A stretch of DNA of 64,000 nucleotides from Utricularia gibba (taxonomy: Eukaryota > Plantae > Magnoliophyta). Made by a program: the position numbers and the translations under genes. Positions 12,753 to 25,448 of this stretch are shown one piece after another. The stretch is from the NCBI GenBank assembly GCA_002189035.1, contig NEEC01000014.1:248001-312000 (forward strand). Direction: 5' to 3'. Every line of letters starts with the position of its first letter. Position 1 is the first letter of the stretch. Below the pieces are notes generated by a model. The model saw only the letters and a program-made list of their open reading frames with translations, was not told where the DNA came from and did not search any database.

Positions 12753-13694
12753 ACATCAAATCCCTATAGATAAGTTTTGTAGAAGCTGCTCACGAGCCCC
12801 AAACGGAATTGGTTGGATGGAACAGATACTGGGCCAAGAAATGAAACACACTCTCCTTGTCAGGAAATAGATTATCTAGTTCCTGCTCAAAACATGTCAT
12901 CGAGAAGAAAGAGGGGACGAAATATAGATACAACAGGATCATCAACCAGGGTACCTCCGTTACATATGATTGATCTTCATCACAAAAGAAACGTTTATCG
13001 ACTTCTCCAAAGTTTATGTATAGGTGGATGTATGCGTAGAGTTGTGGAGGGGTTGAGATACCTGAATTACCCAACAAGTTGTTTCCCAATAGTTTCCCGA
13101 AGGATTCCTCAGATTCTTTGTTAAAACCATCCAATTTATGAGCCAACGGGAAGTCCAAAGGAAGCAACCAAAAACTCTCAGGAAAAGGGTTCACAAAAGA
13201 GATCAACGAGGATAACCCTATCAGTGAGAAGAGAATACAAAAATGTGGAAGCAAGACTGAGGATTCTATTTCCTAATCCATCCGAAGGGAGCCATATAAC
13301 GTACTTGCATTCGAAGAGTGCAGTAGACATGTTGAATTTGAGGGCATGAATTGTCATGTTATATAGAAATGTACACGGAGCACATCTCTTGTGCCGAGCC
13401 TCATAGCTCCGTAACTTGGAGAGAAGATATAAAGAAGGTTTTCCGTTCTTTAATCTTTGCGTTAAGAGGAAATCATACCTGCTATAGCAAGAACGTCGGT
13501 CGAATCCACTTGGAGGGAGGTTGGTTTGATGCTGGAATTGATAACTGCCTTGGTTAGGGTTATACTCAAGATGGGCATACCTTTGTAAAGAAATGCGAGG
13601 ATCATCCCAAAAGTAGTAGAAAAAAGAAAACGAGTTTCAACCCATTCCGGATAGATTGCGTCAGTAACATCTTGAATGGTGTTTGGCGTTCCAT
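12753..13694 (-). pseudogene. GT37 pseudogene, mirror copy
   Basis: Mirror of 1466-2408; lacks the extra C, so its middle ORF is 154 aa rather than 122 aa, but it is still disrupted. Confidence 0.93.
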
Positions 13695-16600
13695 GGTCTG
13701 AACGGGAATAAGTAAAGCCTTCAGATTACCTTCACTCGCACGTAGGAAAATGTCAATGGAGATGGATATCGCATAACGAGTTGTACGAGACATAAGCAAG
13801 AATTGAACCTACGCTATATATAATGAATTAGAGGAAATGAATGTTATTATTTCATTTGACCGTATGCTCACGTAGGGAATCTTTTCAGAGTGAGTGCACC
13901 ACAAATAAAAAAAACTAAAAAAAAAAAGCAATTTCCTATACAAACAAAAAATAATAATACCAAGTATTCATGTAACCACGAATTCATTCATGTGCAGCGT
14001 GGGTTATCAACATAGCAAATAAATAATAATGATACAAATATTTGATAAACGATAATTTCACATCGTCGAGTAAATTAGAAATTTTTGTATTCAATGAAAT
14101 TCATAAAACTGTTATCCTCATTAAATATAAATTAGATACAAGATGAATAGTGGGTTTTGGAGTTGAACTCAAAGAAATAATAATTGTGATGTGAAAATAG
14201 GCAAAAAAACACAGGTTAATTATATTTTAAGTTGTAAATAAAATTAAATGTAAGTAAACAATAAAATATAAATTAAATAAAGTAATATAAAACATTAGAC
14301 CTTAATTTAAAAAATTAAAACGTAAGTATCTCAATGATTTCTGGGGAATGTCCTCACTTGATATTGAATTTTAGGATTCAAAAATATTAACTAACTTCAG
14401 ACGGTCTAGTTCTACATGAACCAATTTTTATGGTTATTTTTTTTAATTTTTACGAGTTTTCTAATATCACCTTATACTTAGATTCACCATTTCTTAAGCT
14501 AAATAAGACAAAATCTAACTAATTCTATTAATTTCTACCTGTGAATTCTATTAATTCATATACTTATGAAAATATATCTCACTTTTTTTGTCTACCTCTA
14601 TGATTGAGTTTTCTTTTTTCTTTTTTCCTACATCTATTCCAATTTGTTAGAAAAATTCACATAAACATTCACAAGTTTTCAAACCTTAGGCTGATATTAC
14701 ATCTCTTCCTATTCTTCCCTAAAGCACACCACATAATATCTATCTACCCATACCAAAATAAATCAAAACCTCATAAAACAAAGGTAAAATCATGTTCATA
14801 GCTATAGTCATAACATTAAAACGACAAGCTCGAAGTAAAATGTTCAATCCTACAAATGATAATAAATCGAGTTATGATTCCACAATATTGCTTCCAATTA
14901 GGAGCAATAGCGCTTGAGAATAATTTCTTGGGTCTTTGTCTCGGTTGAGGTGGCTCCTCTTTATTGATCCATTTCACCACCCTCCTCTTGGATATATGGT
15001 CTCTTGTTTTCGAATTCTCTCCAAAACAATATATCTTTTTTCTTTTTCATTTCTCCTAAATATCTCTATTTTTCTATACTTTATAGTTTTCATGGTTTAA
15101 CCAAGAGAATGTTGAAGGTTGAATTAGTCTATCATATGCTCTCCTCATATGTCATGTCTACTCGATTTTATGTACATAATTAGACGTGATTTGCATCATA
15201 GTACTATTAATACTTGCAAAAACATTAAAAAACATAATATGGGCTAAACCATCAATTTACTCTACATTTACACATAAAAAATACAAATAACATTAAAATT
15301 ATCAAAATATTAAAAACCATAATTCAAACATCTAATTGCACGGTTAAACATTGATAGAAAAACACTAACGAAATATGTATTTTGAACTATATTACATATA
15401 TTACGAAAATACTTCAGTTTTTTGTATTAATTACGTATCAATATGTAATACTCAAATATACAATATGATACATATATCAATAGTCTAGCTATTAGCTCAA
15501 TTGGATCTGTTATTATATATATGCATAAAATGTTGAGTTTAAATGCCAAAACAATTTTATCAACTTCTTTTGAGTAAAACGAAAACAAATTGTCTACCTA
15601 TTAGCTTAATTGTTCCACGTGGCTTGTGAGTAAACCGAAAACAAATAATTATTTTTTTTTAAAAAAAGATTACTTATCCAACTAGCGCTTACCATGGGAT
15701 TCGTTCCATTAATTAAGCATCCGGAATTTAAGAAAGCCTAAATATTAATAAATAAATATTGGGGTTGAAGGGAAGCAATGCCTAAGACACCCCTAATTTA
15801 TAAATGTAACTATTTATATATCACGATATGGAATCTTGATTTTAGTATTGAGCTCATTAATATAGCAATTTTGTGGTAGAAAACATAGCAATGCGGAATC
15901 TTTATTTAAAAATGCACGAGTCAAATGAGGGCTTGGTGTTTATAAAATGTAATATCAAATGAAATTTAATTCATTTCTAAAATTAAGAATAATATGACAA
16001 CAAATATATGAGATCACAAGTAATAGTATATTAAACTCTCAACATTAAATTTACTAAACTTAAAAATGTAGATGATTTTTAATTTTTAATTTTTTTAAGT
16101 TTTTTAAAGCATATTATATTTGAGTCTACTATTTTATAAGGTAAATAAGATTAAATTTACCCGATTTCTACCTGTAAATTCATTTGTCTACTTTTTGTCC
16201 TACCTCTAATGGTATGGTTGATGAGGGTCGTGAAATTAAGGATGAAAATTAGATGGATGAATTGGATGCTGTGGTCAAATTCATTCAATTGAATGTTAAC
16301 AAAGATGAAAATAAGGATAAATTCAGATCTTTTTTCTGCATTATCATCTCGATGTTGTATTCTATATGTTGGATTGAATTGTTTGTATACATGTAAAGCT
16401 AACAAAGATGAAAATAAGGATTACACGATTTGCTCACCTGAACATAACCAGATCGGGCTAAACTGCAAGCCTACACTTCTCCAACTCAAATCAAATCTAC
16501 TATTATTTTTTAATGCATTAGTGCATCTCGATCAATATAGATCGACACAATATTCACAAGCAAGATGAATAATCGATAATATATTAACAAATTTCAGAGA

Positions 16601-17134
16601 TAACAACCAATCGAAGGTAAATAACTCACTTTCCTAAATAACCATAAAATTAACAAAACTTACCATCAAATTATCATCTTCTTAAAGTCATTACGTACAG
16701 CCACATATCATGGAAGATTCACTAGTTGCTTTATCACTCAAACTTCCCTTATCCTCAAATCTCATCCACACATTTCTTCATTGACTTTTTATTAGTTCAG
16801 CTTATACTTAGGCTAATAATTTAATTGCACTCTTGTTGTGATTAAAAATAGATTCTGAGAAGGAATCCGATTTGGAGTGTTAAACTGGTATTTATGCTTC
16901 TGATTTAACGGTTTCGTAGTTCGATTTTGGTGTTATGATCAAAGCAATAAAGAAAGCTGAAGATTTTTTTTACATGAAAACCATTAGCATGGAAAACCAT
17001 GGAGTTGGGTAGCTCATCGAAGAAGATGGTTTCACTAAAAAGAAAAAAGGGGAGAATTACAAGTTATGCGTAGAATGCAAGTGAATCTCTCTTAAGGGAT
17101 TCAGAAACAATGGTACCCCTTTTGTGCTGAGTTG

Positions 17135-18330
17135 TTCCATTTTAATTGCTCATCTTTTTTTCTTCCCTTGCATACCAGCTGGATGTGTTCCTTTTCTTGA
17201 CGATAGTTACAAATCTTGCACGGTGATAGAAATAGTTGGTAGGCAGGTGATTTTTCTGGTTGCAATATGGGCACGGTTAAAAGTCACTCTTCCCTTCTTT
17301 ATTATAATTTTGCATAATAGGTCCAGTTTGCATAGCCTTAAACTTATAATTGGTATCTTTTTTCTCTTATTTCAGCATCTTCAAGTGCTTCTATCAATTG
17401 AGCAGGTAAAAGTCTCTTCATTCCTCCTGGCAAAGCGATGGCACTAATACCAGAATTGTAGAGTCTAGGGAGCACTCCAACGATCTTCTCTTTTACTCTA
17501 CTGTCATCCATACTTTCCCCTAGTGCTTTCAATTTTTTGACCGCAGGTATCAACGTGCCCTTGAAAGTTGCTACAGAGATTCCAGAGTATAGTTTCAGGT
17601 CATCCATCTGTAGCTCTCCAATGATTGGTAACCTCTTTTCCTTTCTTTCATCTGCGATTGAGAATTCTTCGACAAGCGCATCCCAAACTTCCTTTGGGAA
17701 GGTGCAGTGGATAATATGATTATAAACTTCCCGCATGAGTGCAGCATCAAGTACACTTCTTCCTAGAGGAGACTTGTCATTCTATTTTTTTGTAGCCTCG
17801 GCATCATCATCATTGAACTTGGGAGTTTCTAGAAAGACATCCCAGAGTTTCAACAGCCGTCTTGAGGTGGTTAGTCATTTTCACAGCCCAAATCGTATAG
17901 TTCTTAACATCAAAGACAGTGGGCGGTAATGAGCTAGCTGATGCCATGATAACGATCTACTATCTGCAGGAAACAGGATGAGTGAAAGAATAAAACCAGT
18001 GGGTGGTAGAGTGACCTGAGTTGATCTTGGTCTCTTGGAATTTCTCAGAATCCCAAAGCTATCACCATGAAAAGGTTCTATAGGTTCCAAGCTTGAAGCC
18101 TTGAGATTGGGTTACCATCTTGAACGCAGAGATTGAGAACTACAAGCTTATAAGTCAAGAAGAGGATTAAATTTCAAAACTTACAATTTTCAGTACAGGT
18201 TATACATATTTATAGGGCAGTCTCAACGGCTAAAAAAACAGCCGTTAATTTGTCTGCTTGTGTGCCTCCTGATGGGCTGAGTGTAGGCTGAGATGTTTTT
18301 CCTTTAACTTAGGAATAATGATTACAATCA
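17135..18330 (-). mobile_element. Truncated Ty1/Copia remnant (partial 5' LTR, PBS, gag), related to 49222-54631
   Basis: ORF 17344-17736 aligns with the gag of 51118-54102 (HCTFPKEVWDAL..LIEALEDAEIREKRYQ). PBS-like AATCCCAAAGCTATCACCA at 18049-18067; LTR starts at TG 18068. Outer LTR end is uncertain. Confidence 0.85.
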
Positions 18331-18809
18331 TAATGTCAAGTTTTATAAAAACATGTACTTTTAGTTTTTAATTTTAAAAAAATATTATTTGAGATAAACG
18401 TGAATTGAGCACTTAAACTTTAACTGCAAAATATTTTACCAACTAAGATACGGACATGGGTTACATAACCCATGCCAATGTATATATGTTTAAGACACAA
18501 GGACACCATGTGGCATATAGATAAATGATGTTGATATGGTTTTCTTGAGCATATAGTTTAATTGATGTTTTTTTATCTTTGTTAAATCTTTGGGTCAAAG
18601 ATTTGATTCGGATTTGTTGTAAATTATATATTTTATAAAATTAAAATTAATTCAAAAAGACATAAAAAAATTGAAAATGATTAATTAAAATATTGAAAAT
18701 TTTATTAATTTTAATTTTTCATAAAACTAATAATATAAAATTGAGATATTGTACATATTATAACAGTTTGTATTATAAATCAGAATGTTATATATATTAT
18801 AAAAACTAA

Positions 18810-18860
<51 letters not shown>
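18810..18860. repeat. Compound (TA)n(TG)n microsatellite
   Basis: Read directly. Confidence 0.95.
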
Positions 18861-18861
<1 letters not shown>

Positions 18862-19312
18862 TTGTTTTAGTGTTTTTTTAATAAAAATTAGTTCTCTCAT
18901 TATATTAAATATGATATATTAAAATTAAGACTATTTAGAAAAAATATAAATAAAATAGTACTATAATGTAAAGATTTTTGAAATAGCACTATTTAACCAA
19001 TTAGTTTGCATATCGGTAATTAGCTAAATTATCCTACAAACAAATGACCCATTGCTTTTCCAGGGTTTCTTAATTAATGTCCTAGAACTGTGTTCCAAAG
19101 CTATGCTCAGATCCCTCAAGGGGGGTTGATTAGAAATTTAGGCGCTGTAAAAATTGTATGTGAGAAAAGTAGGGAGTTTTAGTATAAAATTTTTACCATA
19201 GTGTAAGGATGCTTACATTCATAAATGACCCCTCACGGGGGCTATACAATGATATAAATGGGGGAAGGCTGTGCGCTTAATATCACCTTGTAGTAGTCAC
19301 TCGTATACAAGG

Positions 19313-22300
19313 ATGACGACGGTTGGCCGCTCTATTCCTCTAGTTTTTCTCTGTCTTGCTGCGGCAACCACAGCTTTTCTTCATTGCCCACCGCCACCAC
19401 CACCGGATTCACCTCCTCCGCCCTCACCGCCACCACCCGAATCACCTCCTCCACCCTCACCGCCACCGCCGATTCACCTCCTCCACCCTCACCGCCACCA
19501 CCGGATTCACCTCCTCCACCCTTACCGCCACCGCCCAATTCACCTCCCCCACCCTCACCGCTGTTGGAATAAGGTGTATTGGAGAAGGGATGCTCTATCC
19601 CACATTGCTAGTTGAACACATGTTCAACTAGTTTATAAGGGAAGACAACCCAATACATTTGATGGGCTTGAGAGTAAGTTGGGCCTCACGCGCCCGCAGG
19701 GTCTTAATTTATTAGATCGGGTTGGGCTCCGGGTTGGGCTCCCGGAGGCTTCTCGAAGGGTCTCTTGAATTTTGGGGGATCGTGAAATCTTTAGGACAAC
19801 ATTTATGTGTCTGAGGTTTTCTTCTTTTTTTGTGTTCGATTTACAACAATCTAAAGAATATTCTCGATGGATCCGACTGGTGCCTCTTTGGAAAACCCTA
19901 ACCCGCCGCTGCCCGTGCCTCCGGTGACCTGCACACTGTTCACCAACGCCACTCCGACACTGATGACCTCCCTATTGTAAATCTGGTTGCTATGCCGGCA
20001 TTGCAGATAAATCCTGTCCATCTGGTCCAGAATCCGCTTGTCTCCGTGCCACAGGTCACCTCTGGTCTTCACGATCTGTCCCTGAGTCATCCGGTTGTGA
20101 GTCGCCAGTTCCCTGATACTGCAAAAATCGAGCCCTTTGATGGAAAGAATTTTCGGCGCTGGAAAGATCGCATCTTTGAGTTGCTGGATATGCATGGCAT
20201 TGCCTGGGCTCTTGAGGTTTCCAAACAGGAAGCCACTAACTCTGATATCCTCGCTACAGGCTGGGATTGAGCGAGCCGGGTATGTCGTCATACCATTATT
20301 ACCACCCTTGGTGATAGTCTCTTCGATGTGTATGTAGTCTTCAAGGATGCTGCCTTCATATGGAAGTCGATGACTACCAAGTACACTGCAGAGGAGGCTG
20401 TGACATCCAGATTTGCAGTCACTAATTTTCTGCAGTGGGAGATGACTGATGACAAGGAGGTGGTAGTCCAAATCAATGAGTTCCATCGCCTCCTGGACAA
20501 CATGACTACTCAGAACTTTGATCCACAAGCTGCCACGAGGATGGGATGACTATAAGGCAAAGATTCGTCAATTTGATCGCAAGATGACTCTGGACCACCT
20601 GATCAATCACATTGCAATTGAAGAGAGGCAGAGGAAAACAGGTAAGAAGCCTATGAGCCATGAGTACCCGGCGAATGTTATGAAGAACAAACAAGGGAGG
20701 TACAAATCTCGCTCCAAACCTTATGATTCTGGTTCTCATATTGTATTAGCTCTTACTAATGATGGTATCAAAAAGAAAAAGGGCCATTGTTTTGTCTGTG
20801 GTAAGCTAGGGCACTATGCAGCACAGTGCAAGCACAGGAAGACTGGCAAACCTGGTAGTGAGCTTCCCAAAGCCAATGTTAACATGGCTCAGGGGGATGA
20901 TAATGATGAAGTGATTGTCACCATGCTGGGTTACTTGAACCTAATTGAGGCTAGTGGTGACTGGATCATGGACTCTGGAGCAAACCGTCATGTTTGCTCA
21001 AGGAAGGATTACTTCTCCTCCTATAGTCCACTTGGAGGTGACAATCACGTGATCAAGTTTGCTGACAAGTCTACTACTCCAGTGCCTGAAAAGGGAGAAG
21101 TCACCCATAAGTTCACCTTAGGGAAGACTGTCCTTCTGAGAGATGTGTTGCATGCCCCTGCCATAAAGACCAATGTCATCTCAGCTATCCAGATGGATAA
21201 GTGTGGCCTAAACATCAACTTAGGCAATGGGGTTGTTGTGGTGATGAAGAACAATGTCTTTGTTGGGAAAGAATACATTGGTAGTCAGGAGTTATATGTA
21301 ATGAATGCTATCATTATTTTTGAGAATAAAGTTGATTCTGCTTACATGATGTGTTCTTTTGATATTTGGCATGCTAGGCTAGGTCATGTGAATTATACCT
21401 ACATGAAAAGGATGCAGTAATTAAATTTGATTCCTAGATTGCATGAGTTACCTACTAAGTGTGAGACTTGGGTAGAGGCAAAGATGACTAAGAAATCATG
21501 CTTTTCTGTGACTAGGGAATCTGAGTTGCTTGCATTGATTCATTCAAATGTATGTGATTATAAGATGTGTGTATCTAGATGTGGCAATAAGTTTATGGTT
21601 ACTTTTATTGATGATTGCTCTAGATATACTCGTGTATTTGCTGAAACATAAATCTAAAGCATTTGAGAAGTTTCTGCTATTCAAAGCTGAGGCAGAAAAC
21701 CAACTTGACAAGAAAACAAAGAGAGTCAGATCTGATAGAGGAGGTGAGTATGTATTATTCAAAGACTTCTGTGAGAAGTATGGAATAATATATGAGACTA
21801 CTTCTCCCTACTCTCCTGAGTCAAATGGAGTTGCTGAGAGGAAGAAGAGGACATTGAAAGAAATGATGAATTCAATGCTTATTACTTCTGGCACTCCAGG
21901 TGAAACGTGGGGGGAAGCGATTCTCACTACTTGTCATGTTCAGAATAGGATCCCACATAAGAAAACAGGCAAAACTCCATATGAGATATGGAAAGGTTAT
22001 GCATCAAACCTTAAGTATTTAAGGGTGTGGGGGTGCTTAGCAAAGGTGATGTTACCTGATCCTAAGAAAAGGAAGATTGGGTCAAAAACATCTGATTGTC
22101 TGTTTATTGGATATGCACAAGGGAGTGCTGCATATCGATTCCTTGTGATCAAGAGTGATGTCCTTGATCAGCATACAATAGTGGAAACAAAGAATGCTGA
22201 ATTCTTTGAACAAATCTTTTTTCTAGTAGGAAAACACCAAGATGATGGTGATGAGACACCTATCACTGAACCTGCTGAAACTAGTGAACCCTTGGAGGAA

Positions 22301-25300
22301 GTGCCTCTGAGAAGAAGCAATAGGTAGAGGATAGAGTCTAGCTTCGGCGATGACTTCTATGTGTATCTCACTGATCCTCTGACCTACCATGCTGCAATTA
22401 CTTCCAGATGCTCCATTGTGGATGGAAGCCACTCTGAGTGAGATGGACTCGCTCCATCATAACAAGGTATGGGAAGTAGTGGACCTACCTCTTGGGGCAA
22501 AGTCAATTGGGAGCAAGTGGATCTTTAAGAAAAGGTTCCTTGCAAATGGTAAAGTAGACAAATACAAGGCTCGCCTTGTAGCAAAGGGTTTCACTCAGAA
22601 ACCAGGTGTTGACTACTTTGAGAAATTTGCCCCAATGGTTCACTTCTCTGCCATACGAGTACTCTTTGCAATGGCTCTGTACACAATTGGACAGTACACC
22701 AAATGGATGTCAAAACGGCATTCTTGAATGGTGAATTGGAGGAAGAAATCTACATGTTTTAGCCTGAGGGTTGCATAAAGGCTGGAGATGAACACAAAGT
22801 GTGTCGACTGAAGAAGTCACTGTATGGCTTGAAGCAAGCACCTAAACAGTGGCATGAGAAATTTGATAAAGTCATAACCTCATTAGGCTTCACATCAAAT
22901 ATAGTCGAAAGATGTGTTTATTCTAAGACTTTTAATGATCAATGTGTGATCATAACCCTCTATGTGGATGATATGCTAATCTTTGGGCCAAACCTTCACA
23001 CTGTGCTAGAGGCCGAGAAATTTTTAGCTTCTAAATTTGAGATGAAGGACATGGGTGAAGCCAGCTACATATTGGGAATCAAAATTGTGAGAAATGAAGA
23101 AGGGTTTCTACTGACTCAAAGTCATTACACTGAGAAACTCTTAGAGAAATTTGGGTTCCATGAGGTGAAACCAAGTCGTACTCCATATGATCCCAGTATT
23201 AGCTTGAAGAAAAATAGAGAGGACCCTATGTCCCAGAGTAAGTATGCTCAGATAATGGGCAGTGTGATGTATATAATGAACCATACCCGACCTAACATAG
23301 CGTATGCAGTGGGTAGACTGAGTCGATACACACACAACCCAAATGAAAGACATTGGGCAACTGTGAGATGGTTATTGAGATACCTCAAAGGGACAGCTGA
23401 CCATGGCATTCAGTATCAGAGAGAACCCACTGTACTGGAAGGATATAGTGATGCTAGCTAGGTATCTGGGAAAGAAGAGCCAAAGGCCACAAGTGGAATG
23501 ATTTTCACATTAGGCAAAGGCGCTGTGTCCTGGAAATCCACCAAACAAACCTTGATAGCTAGATCAACAATGGAAGCTGAGTTCATTGTATTAAATCTAG
23601 CAAGAATTGAGGCTAAGTGGTTGAGAAACTATGTGATGGGAATACCACTCAAGCAACATGGATCCTTCTCAGTGGTGCTGCATTGTGACTGTCAAGTAGC
23701 AATTGTCACTGCCAAGAATCGATCCTATAATGGAAGAAATATCCACATGCGATTGAGGCATGGAACATTGAGACAGCTGTTGAAAACCAGTGTGATCTCT
23801 GTTGAATACGTGAGAACGTCAGTGAATTTGACCGATCCACTGACCAAGCCTCTCAATAGAGAGAAGATCTGTGAGCTTTCGAGGGGAATGGGACTAATGT
23901 TGTTGAGCAAATGGCAGTGATGGTAACCCAACCTGTGAGAGGAGAAACACCTTGATCAGGTTCATATGGGTAATAACAAGTCACTGCTAGTTTTGAGAAC
24001 ACAAATTATGGCAAGTGGTCATTCCTATGGAATATGTGTTCTACCTGCAAAGTGATGGATGAGTATTTGCTCTTAATGTCTCTGTAACTGATGAAATTCA
24101 GTAACACATAGAAGTAGGGTATGTTAGGCAGAGACACCTATATAAGTGTGGAGGATAGCCACTCCTATGAGATATATGTGATCTCTAGAGCACTTATGAA
24201 CCAACAGGAGTTGCACCGGGCTTATGGGTGCGCTTGAGCGTTAAACAGTCGATAAATGTCGGGGTAGGCTTGATGTGGTTGGCTATGCCTCTGTATCACA
24301 ATATAGTATTCGGTTCATAGAAATACAATTTCACCGTCTACTTAATCATACATGTGTAGGGCAATCAAGAGATTGGTTCATAATCGAAAGATACCATTCT
24401 CCAGACATTAGAGCCTACATGACTTGGGCCTTCTCCAATATGTGGGGGATTGTTGGAATAAGGTGTATTGGAGAAGGGATGCTCTATCCCATATTGCTAG
24501 TTGAACACTGTTCAACTAGTTTATAAGGGAAGACAACCCAATACCTTTGATAGGCTTGAGAGTAAGTTGGGCCTCGTGTGCACGTAGGGTCTTAATTTAT
24601 TAGATCGGGTTGGGCTCCCGGAGGGTTCTCGAAGGGCCTCTTGAATCCCGGGGGATTGTGAAATCTTTTAGGACAGCGTTTACGTGCTTGAGGTTTTCTT
24701 CTTCTTTTGTGTTTGATTTACAACAACCGCCACCACCGGATTCACCTCCTCCACCCTCACCGCCACCGCCCGATTCACCGCCATCGCCCGATTCGCCTCC
24801 CCCACTCTCACCGCCACCACCGGATTCGCCTCTGCCACCCTCACCGCCACCACCGGATTCACCTCCTGCCCCTCACCGCCACCGCCGGAATCACCTCCTC
24901 CCCCTTCACCGCCACCACCGGATTCACCTCCTCCCCCCTCACCGCCACCGCCCGATTCACCTCCCCCACCCTCACCTCCGCCGCCCTCACCTCCGCCACC
25001 CTCACCGCCGCCACCGTAGCTGCTGCCACCACTCTATGTTAAATTGATTATTTCGAGCGTCCTATGTTGTTCTCCTACTCGGATACGCCCTCCAGTCCTA
25101 CTTTTCCCACCTTGACTTAGCCCACTTGGAGGTGTAACCGTAACTCTGAGATGCCAAAACCAAGACTTGCAGACTGCTACTACTGATTCAAATGGTCGAG
25201 TTATCATCTCGGTGTTTGTTAATTTTTTTGCTATTCCGTCTTTCAGAGTCGTCGTCCCATCAACACGCCAATGCAGAAGTTATTCTCCACCATGGTTACT

Positions 25301-25448
25301 GCCTATCTGTTTCCTACACTACCTGTGCAAGGCATCGTCAACGCCCAACTATGCCTCTGAGTCACCGGCTGGCCATGCCACGGACACTCACAATGCAATA
25401 CAAATAATAATAATGATTATGATGATGATGATGTCCCATCCATTGTAA
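19313..25448 (+). pseudogene. Extensin-like (SPPPP) + Ole e 1/phylloplanin-domain gene, split by a Copia insertion
   Basis: Signal peptide MTTVGRSIPLVFLCLAAATTAF, then ~33-nt DSPPPPSPPPP repeats on both sides of the element, then LIISSVLCCSP..GVTVTLRCQNQDLQTATTDSNGRV. Has frameshifts (~19470, ~24870) and in-frame stops. TATAAAT at ~19253. Confidence 0.82.
19562..24725 (+). mobile_element. Full-length non-functional Ty1/Copia LTR retrotransposon
   Basis: LTRs 19562-19848 and 24451-24725 (TG..CA); TSD ACCGC at 19557-19561 and 24726-24730; PPT GTGGGGGAT before 24451. Order is gag (CFVCGKLGHYAAQC), PR (WIMDSGA), INT (VRSDRGGEY), RT (LYGLKQAPKQW, YVDDML), RH (ADPLTK-like), with many stops. About 20 LTR substitutions by eye. 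Confidence 0.97.

Larger units (their letters stand above)
8358..15159. repeat. Right arm of giant inverted repeat
   Basis: Mirror of 1-6803. The only difference I found is C5 vs C4 at ~2245/~12915. Spot-checked homopolymers (11T/8T, 13A, 9A, 8A) are identical in both arms. Confidence 0.98.

Noticed and set aside
19332-25047. His/Arg-rich (HRHHRIHLL) and Gly/Glu-rich ORFs
   Set aside because: Shadow frames of the SPPPP repeats.
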